Shown: positions 33,887 through 45,988, numbered from the stretch's first letter. The stretch: 64,000 nucleotides of DNA from Cyanobacteriota bacterium (GCA_046045965.1 JBJOKS010000026.1:1-64000); one strand, 5' to 3'. Numbers and translations: made by a program. The notes: a model not told the origin generated them from the sequence alone.

Positions 33887-34069
33887 TCAAGTCTTTAGGT
33901 GTCATTTGTGCAGTTTTTAGGTATCATTTGTCAGTGATCGACCAACTGACCTTATAGTAAAATGGAATTGGTAAACCAGTTTCAGGTAAATATTATTGAT
34001 CACTGACTTTTGAAACTATATTACCAATTAAGGTAGGATATAATATTGTTTTTAACAAATAGAAATTAA

Positions 34070-34528
34070 TTGACAAACTCTTATTACATTGCCAGTAATG
34101 ATTGGCTGAATATCTGCTTTCGGCTCTGTCTAGCATTGCTAATTGGCTCAATTATAGGCTTAGAACGTCAACTCAAGCATAAACCAGCTGGGTTAAGAAC
34201 TCATATGTTAGTCAGTTTGGGTTCGGCTGTGTTTACTATCACTGCTATCCAAGTCGGTGGAGAAAACATCAGCGCCGACGCTCTCAGTCGCGTTATTCAA
34301 GGAATTGCTTCTGGAGTGGGGTTTCTCGGTGCTGGCGAAATTTTGCGCGAATCTTCTCAAAAATCAAGGTCAGTTGAAATTCATGGTCTGACTTCGGCCG
34401 CAGCTATTTGGGTAGCAGCTGCTTTAGGAATTGCCTCTGGGTGTGGTTTATGGCAGCTAGGATTAATTGCTGCTTTGTTGACGGTTATCGTTCTCAATAT
34501 ATTTAAAAAATTAGAAAAATTTCATTAG
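34070..34528 (+). CDS. MgtC/SapB family membrane protein
   Basis: IGLER, AGLRTH, GVGFLGAG, GLTSAAAIW. Confidence 0.93.
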   Translation: MTNSYYIASNDWLNICFRLCLALLIGSIIGLERQLKHKPAGLRTHMLVSLGSAVFTITAIQVGGENISADALSRVIQGIASGVGFLGAGEILRESSQKSRSVEIHGLTSAAAIWVAAALGIASGCGLWQLGLIAALLTVIVLNIFKKLEKFH

Positions 34529-34530
34529 TT

Positions 34531-34684
<154 letters not shown>

Positions 34685-34685
<1 letters not shown>

Positions 34686-35116
34686 TATAATTCGGGAAAA
34701 TTAAACAATTTCAATACCTCGGCAAAAATATCTTCATCTACTCTTGTTTCCAAAATAGATTTTACTAAATTAATAAATTGTAAATCCGATATATTATCAT
34801 TGTCTATAATTTTACTGGCTGCATAAAAACTTACATCATCAATCATTAATTCATTGGTAATACCTGTTTGAAAACCAGCATTTTTTCTTTCCCAACAAAG
34901 AGATTTACCACGTAATGTAAATTGAAACCAGATAATTTCATCATTTTTTAATTCCAGAAAAATATCAAAATAAGGTTCTCCCCCTTGGAACCAAATTCTC
35001 GCTGTATCTGCTTTCTCAGATGGCTTGAGTATTTTTGGCTCAATAGCTCTCAATGATGCACCTAGTGATGCGATTTCTTCTGGTTTTAACATCATTGTAT
35101 TTGGCTGCAATTTCAT
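34685..35116 (-). CDS. Hypothetical protein
   Basis: 143-aa ORF co-oriented with recF. Confidence 0.7.
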
Positions 35117-35152
35117 ATTTTTTCAGTAAGGTAAATAGAGACTAAGGAATAA

Positions 35153-35264
<112 letters not shown>

Positions 35265-35290
35265 ATTAATTATGAATTATGAATTATGAA

Positions 35291-36406
35291 TTAACTTGAT
35301 ATTTCTCCTGCTTTCACAAACAGAATTTGTGAAGAATTTAACCATTGAGAGTCAAAAGCACCCAAATGAGTAGTAGTAATTAAAGTCTGAAACCTGTCTT
35401 GAATAGCATCAAGTAATTGATTTTGACGGGATAAGTCTAATTCAGCTAAAACATCATCTAATAAAAGTAAAGGAGCTTCATTAACGACTTCTTCAATTAA
35501 TTGTAATTCTGCTAATTTTAAAGCTAAAACTAATGTACGTTGTTGACCTTGGGAACCATATTGACGAGCAGGTGTTTGGTTAATAATTAATTCTACTTCA
35601 TCCCGGTGCGGACCTACTAAAGTAGTACCTCGGTGCAATTCAATAGTAGAACGTTGTTGAATTTTACTGAAAAAAGATTGTCTAATATCTTCATTATCAT
35701 CTTTTTTTAGTGGCACATTAGGAGCATAATTAATTTCCAAAATTTCTGTACTACCACTAATACTAGCGTGCCAAGCTGCGGCGATGGGTGTTAATCTTTG
35801 AATAGCTCTGTCACGTCTTCTAATTACCTTTGTTCCAGCGGTAACTAATTGTGCATCCCAAATAGCTAATTCTTCCTCCCGACTCCTGACTCCTGACTCC
35901 TGACTCCTTTTCAAAAAAGCATTACGTTGACGTAAAACCTGGTTATATTGATGTAAAATGTGAGCATAAACTGGTTCGAGTTGAATCAAAAGTGTATCTA
36001 ACCAATTACGACGAACTTCAGGACGACCTCTGACCAATTCTAAATCTAAACTAGAAAATTCTACAGCATTTAAAACACCGAGAAAATCCATTTGTCTGCG
36101 GACTATTTCACTGTTTATAGCCACACTACGGCGGCCATGTCGGCGTAAAGTTAATGTTAAATCACTTATTCCTGCGCTTCTTTCTAGGGTAGCATTAATT
36201 TGAGCAATATCTTCACCATCTTTAATAAAATCACGATCTTTACCCATGCGGTGCGATCGCAATGTCGCTAACAACTCTACAGACTCCAACAAATTAGATT
36301 TTCCCTGAGCATTATTACCGACTAAAATAGTTTTCGGGGCAGTAAAATCAATTTTTTGCTCTTGGTAATTACGAAAATTTCTGAGGTGTATATTTTTTAA
36401 GTACAT
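35291..36406 (-). CDS. recF: DNA replication/repair protein RecF
   Basis: GNNAQGKSNLLE, GPHRD, SQGQQR, LLLDDVLAELD. Confidence 0.97.
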   Translation of the reverse strand: MYLKNIHLRNFRNYQEQKIDFTAPKTILVGNNAQGKSNLLESVELLATLRSHRMGKDRDFIKDGEDIAQINATLERSAGISDLTLTLRRHGRRSVAINSEIVRRQMDFLGVLNAVEFSSLDLELVRGRPEVRRNWLDTLLIQLEPVYAHILHQYNQVLRQRNAFLKRSQESGVRSREEELAIWDAQLVTAGTKVIRRRDRAIQRLTPIAAAWHASISGSTEILEINYAPNVPLKKDDNEDIRQSFFSKIQQRSTIELHRGTTLVGPHRDEVELIINQTPARQYGSQGQQRTLVLALKLAELQLIEEVVNEAPLLLLDDVLAELDLSRQNQLLDAIQDRFQTLITTTHLGAFDSQWLNSSQILFVKAGEISS

Positions 36407-36528
36407 CTTGATAAATTAACAATTAAAAATTAAAAATTAAAAATTCAAGAACTAGGAAGTAAAAGGTAAAAGGCAAAAGGGAGAATAAATTAATTACCGA
36501 TTACCAATTACCAATTACCAATTACCTA

Positions 36529-39402
36529 TCAAACATTCTTCTTGCCCATAACGCGGAAGAAAATCTTTTCTCCTTCAATCCAAACAAACATCAAGGCACT
36601 GAAACCAATGCAAATTAGTAACTCATTAAAAGGTAGATAGTGAGTACCAAAAAATGCTCGCAGAGGTGGAACATAAACCAGCATCAACTGTAAAATCGTA
36701 GTGGCAACAACAGCCCCCAATACGAATTTATTAGAAAGAGGATTCATTTCAATTGTTAGTTGATTGTTAGAACGAATAGCGATCGCATGACCCATTTGGG
36801 CAAGACATAAAGTAGTAAATACCATTGTCTTCCAGCGTTCGGGATCTAGACCTTCCCCAGTGGCTACTTTGACGTGAGCATAAGCCCATTGCATGAGAAT
36901 AATTGTGATAATCGCAAAGACAATGCCAATTCGCACCATGTAAGCACCCAAACCCCTGGCAAAAATACTTTCACGGGGACTAAAAGGAGGACGCTGCATC
37001 ACATCTGGTTCTGGGGGTTCTACTGCTAAAGCTAAAGCTGGTAAACCATCCGTTACCAAGTTCATCCAGAGAATTTGCAAAGGTGAGAGGGGAACACCAC
37101 CCAACCCCAAAAGTGGCGCTGAAGCAATGGTAAGAACTTCACCGATATTACTACCCAGGATGTATTTGATAAACCGCCGAATATTGGTATAAACAACTCT
37201 ACCTTCTTTAGTAGCAGCAACAATAGTGGCAAAGTTATCATCTAACAGCACCATATCACTGGCTTCTTTACTCACATCTGTACCGGTGATACCCATAGCG
37301 ATACCGATATCAGCTTGTTTGAGGGCAGGAGCATCATTAACACCATCCCCAGTCATGGCCACAAATCTACCACGACGTTGCAATGCCTGAACAATTCGTA
37401 GTTTGTGTTCTGGGGACACTCTAGCGTAAATACTGACTAAATCAACTTGTTGTTCTAGTTCAGGATCACTCATGCGTTGCAGCTCTTGACCGGTGAGAAC
37501 TCTAGCATCTGCATCAGCGATACCCAAGTCTACAGCGATCGCCCTAGCAGTTAACTGATGATCACCAGTAATCATCACTGGACGAATACCAGCCTGACGA
37601 CATTCTGCCACAGCTGCTCGTACTTCAGGGCGTGGAGCATCCAACATCCCCACCAAACCCAACCACACCAAATCATTTTCAGAAGTATCTTCTGAAGCTT
37701 CAGGGGGTATTTCCGTTAAAGGTTTATAGGCAAAACCTAAGACCCGCAAACCTTGAGAAGCCATTTGGTCATTAGCTGCTAAAATTTGGGCGTGTCGTTC
37801 TTCATCTATGGGGATAGAGCGATCGCCTAAATAAATGTGTGTGCAACGAGCTAAAGTTAATTCTGGGGAACCCTTGGTAAACATTAAATACTGTTCCGAG
37901 TCCACAAAACCAGCAATTACCGGGTCAACCCCAGTCATCCCCGGATCACCAGTGGCCACTGCTTCCACCTGAGAAATAACACTCATGCGTTTTCTTTCGG
38001 AAGAAAAGGGAAACTCAGACACACGGGGTAACTTACTATTCCATTGATCCTTTTCAAGACCAGCTTTACCCGCCAAAGTCATCAAAGCGCCTTCGGTGGG
38101 GTCGCCTAAAATTACCCATTCTCCCGCTTCTTTTTGCAGTACCGAGTCATTACACACAGCACAAGCAACTAGCAGGGCGGCTATTTCTGGATGTGCTTCT
38201 AAATCTACTTTTTGACCATCTAATTGAAAATCACCTACAGGAGCATAACCTTCTCCCGTCACCCGGAAATTTTTTTGATTGGTGTAGACTGACTGCACCA
38301 CCATTTTATTTTGAGTTAAAGTCCCGGTTTTATCAGAACAGATGGTAGTTACAGAACCGAGAGTTTCCACAGCTGGGAGTTTACGAATTAAAGCATGATG
38401 ACGCACCATGCGTTGAGTTCCCAAAGCCAGAGTTACAGTAATAACCGCAGGTAAACCTTCTGGAACTACCGCCACTGCCATACTCAGAGAAACTTCTACC
38501 AACTCTTGTAAATTTTTCCAGCCTATTCCTTTCACTAAATCATGGATTAGACCACCACCGACAACCAGAGCAACCAGCACCAAAGAACCAGATACCAAAA
38601 CATTACCCAGTTGCGTCATGCGTTGTTGCAGGGGAGTAGGTTCACTTTCCACCGACTGCAACATCGTGGCAATTTTGCCTAGTTCCGTTGTCATGCCAGT
38701 ATTAGTAACCAGCACCTTAGCGCGGCCTTGGACAACTTCTGTTCCTTGGAAAACTAAATTAATGCGATCGCCTAAAGACGTATCTTCTGGTAATGTAAGT
38801 ATGGCTTGCTTATTGACAGCTTCAGCTTCGCCAGTCAATGCTGACTCTCGCACCTGCAAATTAGACTGTTCTATTAAGCGTCCATCAGCAGCCAACTGTA
38901 CACCCGCTTCCAGCAGCATCACATCCCCAGGTACAAGATCCTTCCCCGCTACATCCGTTAGTTTACCGTCACGGATCACCCGTACTGAGGGCGAAGAGAG
39001 TTTTTTCAAGGCCGCCAGTGCTTTTTCCGCACGGCTTTCCTGGACATAACCGAGAATGCCATTCAGGATTACAATCGCCATAATCGCAATTGTGTCTTTA
39101 AATGGTACTTCACCAGCTTTTAATGTACCTTGTTGCAAAGCCAAAAAATCTAACCCACCAGAAATGAGAGCGACACCGATCAGCATCAATAACATAATGT
39201 TAGTAAACTGATCGAGTAGAATCTCCCAAGGACTACGGCCACCCTGTTCTTCTAGTTCGTTGGGACCGTATTTTTGCAAACGTTGTTCAACTTCTTGGGG
39301 TGTTAAGCCGCTGTCTGCATTGCTATCAAGCAGGTCTAAAGCTTTATCAACCTCTAAACTATGCCAAACTGCGGCACCTTCAGGCAAAGAATGAGCAGAC
39401 AT
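36529..39402 (-). CDS. P-type IIA cation-transporting ATPase (PacL-like)
   Basis: [26 protein letters not shown]. Confidence 0.95.
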   Translation of the reverse strand: MSAHSLPEGAAVWHSLEVDKALDLLDSNADSGLTPQEVEQRLQKYGPNELEEQGGRSPWEILLDQFTNIMLLMLIGVALISGGLDFLALQQGTLKAGEVPFKDTIAIMAIVILNGILGYVQESRAEKALAALKKLSSPSVRVIRDGKLTDVAGKDLVPGDVMLLEAGVQLAADGRLIEQSNLQVRESALTGEAEAVNKQAILTLPEDTSLGDRINLVFQGTEVVQGRAKVLVTNTGMTTELGKIATMLQSVESEPTPLQQRMTQLGNVLVSGSLVLVALVVGGGLIHDLVKGIGWKNLQELVEVSLSMAVAVVPEGLPAVITVTLALGTQRMVRHHALIRKLPAVETLGSVTTICSDKTGTLTQNKMVVQSVYTNQKNFRVTGEGYAPVGDFQLDGQKVDLEAHPEIAALLVACAVCNDSVLQKEAGEWVILGDPTEGALMTLAGKAGLEKDQWNSKLPRVSEFPFSSERKRMSVISQVEAVATGDPGMTGVDPVIAGFVDSEQYLMFTKGSPELTLARCTHIYLGDRSIPIDEERHAQILAANDQMASQGLRVLGFAYKPLTEIPPEASEDTSENDLVWLGLVGMLDAPRPEVRAAVAECRQAGIRPVMITGDHQLTARAIAVDLGIADADARVLTGQELQRMSDPELEQQVDLVSIYARVSPEHKLRIVQALQRRGRFVAMTGDGVNDAPALKQADIGIAMGITGTDVSKEASDMVLLDDNFATIVAATKEGRVVYTNIRRFIKYILGSNIGEVLTIASAPLLGLGGVPLSPLQILWMNLVTDGLPALALAVEPPEPDVMQRPPFSPRESIFARGLGAYMVRIGIVFAIITIILMQWAYAHVKVATGEGLDPERWKTMVFTTLCLAQMGHAIAIRSNNQLTIEMNPLSNKFVLGAVVATTILQLMLVYVPPLRAFFGTHYLPFNELLICIGFSALMFVWIEGEKIFFRVMGKKNV

Positions 39403-39629
39403 CGTGTAGGTTACAGGAAATGGTTACAAAATTCGATCATAATTGAGTAATGCCAGGAATTCCATCAACTAAAGTTACATTGGGGACTGGGGACTCTTAA
39501 GAAAGCAGGGAGAACAGGGAAAACTGGAAAAGTTGGGGAAGAATATTTATTTATCTTTTGCTTCTTCCACTGAACCAATGACCAATGACCAATGACCAAT
39601 GACCAATGACCAATGACCAATAAAATAAT

Positions 39630-41300
39630 ATGAGTTCTGCACTCCCTAGTTTGAATGTTAGCCAGATGTTTGGGCAAAAAACAATCCGACCGCTTACTGC
39701 TGCTACCCTGTATGGTATCGCGTTCATCAAAGATCAACTTATTGCGATCGACACTCTCAAAGGGCATCTACTGGAGATTGATCCCATATCTGATAACAGT
39801 AAAATTCTTAATCCCCACCAAGTCAAGGAATTTACAGATGTTACTGGTTTAGCAGTGTGGGAAGATACACTCTGGGTCAGCCGTGGTAATAGTATTTATT
39901 TATGTAAGTTGGCCTCTTTGGGTTTGGAGCATTTTGTCACTTTACCTTATGCTGCTGATGGTGTTGCTGTTTGGGAGTCCACTGTCTATGTTAGTTGCCA
40001 AAGACTAGGCTGTATTCTGATTTTTGATAAAGATACACGCAAAGAGATTACTCGATTTTATGCCCCTGGTGTGGGGATAGAAAATTTGGCAGTTAGTGAG
40101 GAAACTCTCTGGGTTTGCGATCGCACTGAGCAAACAGTTTACTCTATGGATCGGGCAACAGGAGAACTTCGTTTTAGCATCCTCACTCCTTTTGCTTCTC
40201 CTACAGGTATCGCTATCCATAGTCAGGATCAAACAGGTAAGGATCTACTCTACGTTGCTTACTCTACTGAAGAGCCTTATATTCGTGATAATCCCAATGC
40301 TGACCCTAGTCATGAGCTCACTTACCGGGATATTACTTTTATTCATCCCCTGTATTATCATTATCAACCAGATAAACGCTACGCCCTATCTAATGGTTAT
40401 CTGGTGGAAATGTCCTATGTGGAAGAAATTTCTCCCCTAGACGAGGTTTATTTAACCAATGTCGAATGGCGAATTGCTCTCCCTTCAGAAACAGAACGCC
40501 AAAAGGTCAAACAAGTTGAAGCTATTGGTTTACCCTTCACAGAAGAAATTATCGCAGGACAAAGGGTAGCTGTATTTAAATTTGATTCCCTCGTTCCCGG
40601 TGAACGTCATATCTTCGGCTGGAAAGCACTTTTGGAAGTTCGCGGGATTAAATATCGCATCACACCCAAAGATGTAGAAGAAATACCAGCACTGACACCA
40701 GAGTTACAAACTCGCTATTTGGTGGATGATGATGATTTAGCAATGGACACAACCATTGTCCGCCGTGCAGCCCGTGAAGCTGTTGGTTCGGAAACCAATA
40801 TGTTACGAAAAATGTATAATATCCGCAACTACGTCTATGATGAGTTATCCTATGGTATTAAACCCCACATAGATACACCAGATATAGTTTTAGAACGAGG
40901 CGTTGGTTCTTGTGGGGAATATGTAGGCGTATTGCTGGCTTTGTGTCGTTTGAATGGTATTCCTTGTCGCACTGTCGGCAGGTATAAATGTCCTCCCTAC
41001 GGTGAACTACAGGGAGTCCCTCTGCAACCCGACTTTAATCATGTGTGGCTAGAGTTTTACATCCCTAATTTTGGTTGGTTACCAATGGAATCAAATCCCG
41101 ATGATATAGGTGATTATGGTCCTTATCCCACACGCTTTTTTATGGGGTTATGTTGGTATCATGTCGAAATTGGTAAAGGAGTATCCTTTGAAACCCTAAC
41201 CAGTAATGGCGATCGGTTAACCAAAGAAGACATATCCATTGGCGAGTTGGCGATTAATCATATTCGGTTTACAATTCTTAAAGAATTACCACCCATTTAA
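39630..41300 (+). CDS. Transglutaminase-like protein with N-terminal beta-propeller
   Basis: GSCGEY (Cys), NHVWLEFY (His). Confidence 0.88.
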   Translation: MSSALPSLNVSQMFGQKTIRPLTAATLYGIAFIKDQLIAIDTLKGHLLEIDPISDNSKILNPHQVKEFTDVTGLAVWEDTLWVSRGNSIYLCKLASLGLEHFVTLPYAADGVAVWESTVYVSCQRLGCILIFDKDTRKEITRFYAPGVGIENLAVSEETLWVCDRTEQTVYSMDRATGELRFSILTPFASPTGIAIHSQDQTGKDLLYVAYSTEEPYIRDNPNADPSHELTYRDITFIHPLYYHYQPDKRYALSNGYLVEMSYVEEISPLDEVYLTNVEWRIALPSETERQKVKQVEAIGLPFTEEIIAGQRVAVFKFDSLVPGERHIFGWKALLEVRGIKYRITPKDVEEIPALTPELQTRYLVDDDDLAMDTTIVRRAAREAVGSETNMLRKMYNIRNYVYDELSYGIKPHIDTPDIVLERGVGSCGEYVGVLLALCRLNGIPCRTVGRYKCPPYGELQGVPLQPDFNHVWLEFYIPNFGWLPMESNPDDIGDYGPYPTRFFMGLCWYHVEIGKGVSFETLTSNGDRLTKEDISIGELAINHIRFTILKELPPI

Positions 41301-41629
41301 TTTGGGAATTCAGAATTGGGAGTTTGTAGTTAGCAATGGGGTATCAGGTAGGATCATTGTTAAATTAGCTGCAAACGCCCCTGGCTACAAGTTCCCTACC
41401 TCGCTTAACCGAAAATTTAACTTGAGGGAGCAAATATTTATGCTGTCTTTACTGACAAACTCAGTAATTTTCCGGTTGAAGCTGTAAACTGGTGATATGA
41501 ACTTCTTCCATAGCAATATGGAGAATAACATTCATCTAAGCATTGTTGAAACCGTATTAATTCGGTTGACACTACCTTATTTACGTATGAAAAATGACTT
41601 ATACCCCAATTTGTAAACGGTAATCAAAG

Positions 41630-42991
41630 GTGAAAAATTGGACGAGTTCTGAATCTGAAAAAACTGTGGAACAAACACCCTCAGCAAAAGTGTATGGTGG
41701 TAGACGAGAGTACCTGCACAACTACCACGACTGTTATCAAGAAGAACAGTGGATATATCAGCATCTGCTTCATTTGGTACAAATGGAATCTCCAGACCAA
41801 ATGATTGAACGTTTTCGTGCGCTCTTTGTTGAACGTGCGAATTATCCTGAGCCAGAAATTATCCCAATTCTAGACAAAATTACAGCTTCCAGGACAGCAA
41901 CAGAAGATTTTAAATTTTTCCTCAACCGTTGTTGTCACATTTTAATTAACCGCTGGTATATGCAGCCTCAATTTCATTATGCTATTAGGGAGTTAATTGG
42001 CTTATTTGATTTACCACTGATTAGATTAACAGCAGGTAGTTTACGTACGCGAGAAATTAGGCGCTTGCGCGAGCTATTGCAGATTTTTACTGAAAGTGAG
42101 CAGTATGTAATCTTACGGCGATTTTTGCAATTAGTGAATCACACTCCTAATATAAATAGCCGCAAAGATAATCAGCCTTTAATGAATTTGATTAGTCGCT
42201 ATCCCTATTTATATGAACATTGTTTAATTAGTGAAGATTCGACTTTTGAACAACAAGAAACAGTTAGAAACTTTCAAGCACAGGTACAAAATAAATTTGA
42301 AATTGATTTGTCACAATACATAACATATAAAGTACGTCGAGTTCAGATTTTAAGAAAAGTTCCCCCATCTGAAGCCAATCGGATTTTACGCCCTATAAAT
42401 AATCCTACATTGTTAAATGATAGTGATCTCTACAGTAGCGTAAAACAATTTATTGGTAAAAGTGAAGGTAACTATACTTACCAAGAAAGAGCGCAGCAGT
42501 TCTTAAAATATACTAGTCCAACTGCCAAATTCCATGATTTTAAGGATGATTTATATGAATATTTAATATCCTCAATTGATGGAAAATATGGTAAACGCCA
42601 ATTTAACCAACGTTTATACACTCATTTACAAAATACATTACCGGATGCTGATCAGCAAAAGATCAATGATTTCTTGATTGTGAGAACGTGCAGTCAGCTA
42701 TTAAACTTTTTAGTTGTCAATAGCCAAGCCTCACCGCAACACTCAACCTTTTTAGATTTAATTAGTAATCAAGGTTCCCTACCCACCATTGGCTTGTTAC
42801 TAAAAGTGGTGTTAATCTGTAATAAAGTTAAACCATATTTAGAAAAAAGAGTGGCAATTTTGTTCAATCACTATGAAAATGCGACTACTGATGCTATTGA
42901 TTGGTTAGTGGGAACATTAGAACAATTAAATATTGCGATGAGCATTCACTTTGGTAATATTGATTTATCGTTTTTTAAGAGATTTTGTTAA
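41630..42991 (+). CDS. Hypothetical, largely helical protein
   Basis: 453-aa ORF, no motif recognised. Confidence 0.8.
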   Translation: MKNWTSSESEKTVEQTPSAKVYGGRREYLHNYHDCYQEEQWIYQHLLHLVQMESPDQMIERFRALFVERANYPEPEIIPILDKITASRTATEDFKFFLNRCCHILINRWYMQPQFHYAIRELIGLFDLPLIRLTAGSLRTREIRRLRELLQIFTESEQYVILRRFLQLVNHTPNINSRKDNQPLMNLISRYPYLYEHCLISEDSTFEQQETVRNFQAQVQNKFEIDLSQYITYKVRRVQILRKVPPSEANRILRPINNPTLLNDSDLYSSVKQFIGKSEGNYTYQERAQQFLKYTSPTAKFHDFKDDLYEYLISSIDGKYGKRQFNQRLYTHLQNTLPDADQQKINDFLIVRTCSQLLNFLVVNSQASPQHSTFLDLISNQGSLPTIGLLLKVVLICNKVKPYLEKRVAILFNHYENATTDAIDWLVGTLEQLNIAMSIHFGNIDLSFFKRFC

Positions 42992-43059
42992 AAGCAGAAG
43001 AATGGCTAACGCCACGCTTCGCTATCAAGGAGTGAGGAGGTTCTTCTTCCCAGTCCCTA

Positions 43060-43911
43060 TTACCTATTCTTAGTAATTGGCATTGAGTGTGATTTTGCAG
43101 GATTAAAAGTAGAAAATTCACAGATTGAGTTAAACGGACAAAAACGGCAGTGATTACCGGGATTCGGGGGAAAGATATGATTAAAGTTACTGCTTCTGTC
43201 TGCATATTTTTGTAAATCAAGTTGGTGTTTATTCGCTACATTAGCCAACTCCAATTCCAGAGATGTTAACTCATGATTATTAATAGTAATTATCTCAGAT
43301 TTTTGACCAACTTCCAAATTATAAAATGATGCGACAGCCGTTTTACCGGGATAAAGATAACGTGCGGCTAATAAATAAACCAAAGCTTGTCGTTTATCAA
43401 AAGCGGACTTACCAGTTTTAAAATCTAAAATATGCAAAGTGCTATCAGAATCAATAAACACACAATCCATAGCTGCATATAACCGAAAACAATAATTAGC
43501 TTGTTCAATAAAAATGGGTTTGGGAAAACCTTCATCACCAGGCGTTAATTGCAGAATGCGTTTACCCAAAAGTAAAGGTGATTTTTGATATTTTTGTAAA
43601 ATTTGTATTACCCGTTGCTTAACTTGAAAAGTGAAGTTACTGAGTTTCAGTGACTGAGCTACTTTTTCCACCCCATCAGACTGAGTTAACCAGTTAAGAT
43701 GATGATGAAATTCATAGATACCCTTTTGAGCTAGGATACCTATACGCTGCGGTGGTGTAGCTTGTGCTAATAAAGCTTTCACCTCTGGTTCGTGTTGTCG
43801 AGCTTTAATAAATCCCCTTCTCATTTGACAATGCCAATGTTCTTGCCCTCTTGCGGGGGCAATTAAGGACCAAAGGTGGTAACTTACAAAGGGTCTAGCG
43901 GGGGTTGACAT
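43060..43911 (-). CDS. PD-(D/E)XK nuclease family protein (Cas4/AddB-like)
   Basis: D...ILDFKTG, QALVY, C-terminal CRFCPFNSIC. Confidence 0.85.
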   Translation of the reverse strand: MSTPARPFVSYHLWSLIAPARGQEHWHCQMRRGFIKARQHEPEVKALLAQATPPQRIGILAQKGIYEFHHHLNWLTQSDGVEKVAQSLKLSNFTFQVKQRVIQILQKYQKSPLLLGKRILQLTPGDEGFPKPIFIEQANYCFRLYAAMDCVFIDSDSTLHILDFKTGKSAFDKRQALVYLLAARYLYPGKTAVASFYNLEVGQKSEIITINNHELTSLELELANVANKHQLDLQKYADRSSNFNHIFPPNPGNHCRFCPFNSICEFSTFNPAKSHSMPITKNR

Positions 43912-44026
43912 TGCTCAGGTACAGTGAGAGAAATTACCTTGGGGATACTTGCAGCACAGTGGCTAAACAGTTGCTTTGCGGGATGCTTCCTAATAGTAAT
44001 GATGATGCACGGGAGAGAGTGGCAAA

Positions 44027-45454
44027 ATGAGTAACCCTGACAATTCTGGTAAAATAAAATTTGGTACTGATGGCTGGCGCGGAATAATTGCCGATGATTT
44101 TACTTTTCCCAATGTGCGGAAAGTAACCAGGGCAATAGCTAGTTATCTGGAAACTGCCTACACTAAAGACAGGCCAGTTTTAATCGCCTATGATACAAGG
44201 TTTTTAGCTGATGAATTTGCGCGGACATCTGCTGCGGTTTTAGCTGATTTAGGGTGGAATGTGAAAATTACGGATCGGGATTGCCCGACACCAGTAATTG
44301 CCTACAATGCGCGACATTTGAATTCCGCAGGGGCTTTGATGTTTACTGCTAGTCATAATCCTGCACCTTATTGTGGGATTAAATATATCCCAGACTACGC
44401 TGGTCCTGCCACTCCTGAAATTACTGATACTATTGTGGCCAATATAGAAACGGCATCGGATGAGTTACCAGGAAGTAACCCATCTGGGACGATTTCTACT
44501 TTTGATCCAAAGCCTGATTATTTGCATTTTATCTACACCTTGCTGGATGTGGAAAAAATTAAAAGTGCGAATTTAAAGGTTAAGTACGATGCTCTCTATT
44601 CTACATCTCGTGGCTATTTAGATGAGGTGCTGCAACAGAGTGGTTGTCAGTTAGAAAGTTTCCACACTTGGAGGGATGTACTGTTTGGCGGTGGGATGCC
44701 AGAACCCAAGGGAGATCAGTTGGTTGAGTTGGTGGAAGCTGTTAAGGCTGATAAAGCTGATTTGGGTTTAGCAACGGATGGAGATAGCGATCGCTTTGGT
44801 ATTGTGGATGAACTAGGAAATGTTCTCACTCCCAACACAGTGCTGTTAGTTTTAGCAAGGCATTTAATCAAAAACAAGGGTAAAACAGGCGCAATTGTGA
44901 GAACTGTAGCGACTACTCATTTGTTAGATAATTTTGCGGCTAAAAATGGTCTGCAAATTTATGAAACTGCGGTTGGGTTTAAATACATTGGTGAGAAAAT
45001 GCGGGAAACCGCTGTTTTGATTGGTGGTGAGGAATCAGGTGGTTTGAGTATTATTGGCCATATTCCTGAAAAGGATGGGGTTCTAGCTGATATGTTGGTA
45101 GCTGAGGCGATCGCTTATGAAGGTAAACCTTTAAGTGTGTTGGTTCAGGAAGCTATTGCAGAAGCTGATGGTCCTTTGTATAACAACCGCTTGGATTTAC
45201 ATCTTACCGAGTCTCACAAAAACGCTGTAATTGATGCTTACACCAAAAATCCTCCTTCCGCAGTAGCAGGAATTAAGGTGAAGGAAGTGGGAAGAAAGGA
45301 TGGTATTAAACTGTATTTAGAAGAGGGTAGCTGGGTCTTATTGCGTCCTTCTGGTACAGAACCTTTGGTGAGGGTGTATATGGAAACTAACTCACCGGAA
45401 AAACTTGGTCAAATTGCAGCAACAATGGAAGCTGAAATTGCTAAGTTAGGATAG
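44027..45454 (+). CDS. Phosphoglucomutase/phosphomannomutase family protein
   Basis: FGTDGWRG, TASHNP, DGDSDR, GEESGG, RPSGTEP. Confidence 0.95.
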   Translation: MSNPDNSGKIKFGTDGWRGIIADDFTFPNVRKVTRAIASYLETAYTKDRPVLIAYDTRFLADEFARTSAAVLADLGWNVKITDRDCPTPVIAYNARHLNSAGALMFTASHNPAPYCGIKYIPDYAGPATPEITDTIVANIETASDELPGSNPSGTISTFDPKPDYLHFIYTLLDVEKIKSANLKVKYDALYSTSRGYLDEVLQQSGCQLESFHTWRDVLFGGGMPEPKGDQLVELVEAVKADKADLGLATDGDSDRFGIVDELGNVLTPNTVLLVLARHLIKNKGKTGAIVRTVATTHLLDNFAAKNGLQIYETAVGFKYIGEKMRETAVLIGGEESGGLSIIGHIPEKDGVLADMLVAEAIAYEGKPLSVLVQEAIAEADGPLYNNRLDLHLTESHKNAVIDAYTKNPPSAVAGIKVKEVGRKDGIKLYLEEGSWVLLRPSGTEPLVRVYMETNSPEKLGQIAATMEAEIAKLG

Positions 45455-45603
45455 GTGACTGGGGACTGGGGACTGGGGACAGAATAATAGATAGCCAGGG
45501 AATAAATTCCCTGTCTAAAAGCAAAAGTCCGTTAAAACCGACTAGAAATATATTATTTAACTCCTGACTCCTGACTCCTGACTCCTTTTTTATATCTAAA
45601 ATT

Positions 45604-45873
45604 ATGAAAAATTTTGTGAATTTATTTATATCTATAGTTATAGCTGGTTGGGTGTTGGTGATCGCTCTTATTTCTGTGCAGAATGCAACACCTGTATCTT
45701 TGAAGTTTTTGATTTTTCAATCTATACAAGTTCCCTTTGGTTTGATGTTGGCTTTTTGGGTGGCTGTGGGTTTGGTTGGTGGGGCGGTTTTAGAGCCTCT
45801 TTGGGGTTTGGGTGAGTCGAAATCTAGGGTTGATGAGGAGGCGGAATTTTTTATTGATGATGAGGATTTTTAA
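45604..45873 (+). CDS. LapA/DUF1049 family membrane protein
   Basis: Two TM helices with SVQN..PVSLKFL. Confidence 0.75.
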   Translation: MKNFVNLFISIVIAGWVLVIALISVQNATPVSLKFLIFQSIQVPFGLMLAFWVAVGLVGGAVLEPLWGLGESKSRVDEEAEFFIDDEDF

Positions 45874-45988
45874 GATTTTGTTTCTCGCAATCTCCGTCAG
45901 GAGATCCCGTAGGATTGGTACACAATTTTTAACGCCTACCTACTTAATTGATAGTTAAGGATTCACTTCGCAAATTCTCGTCATCTCT

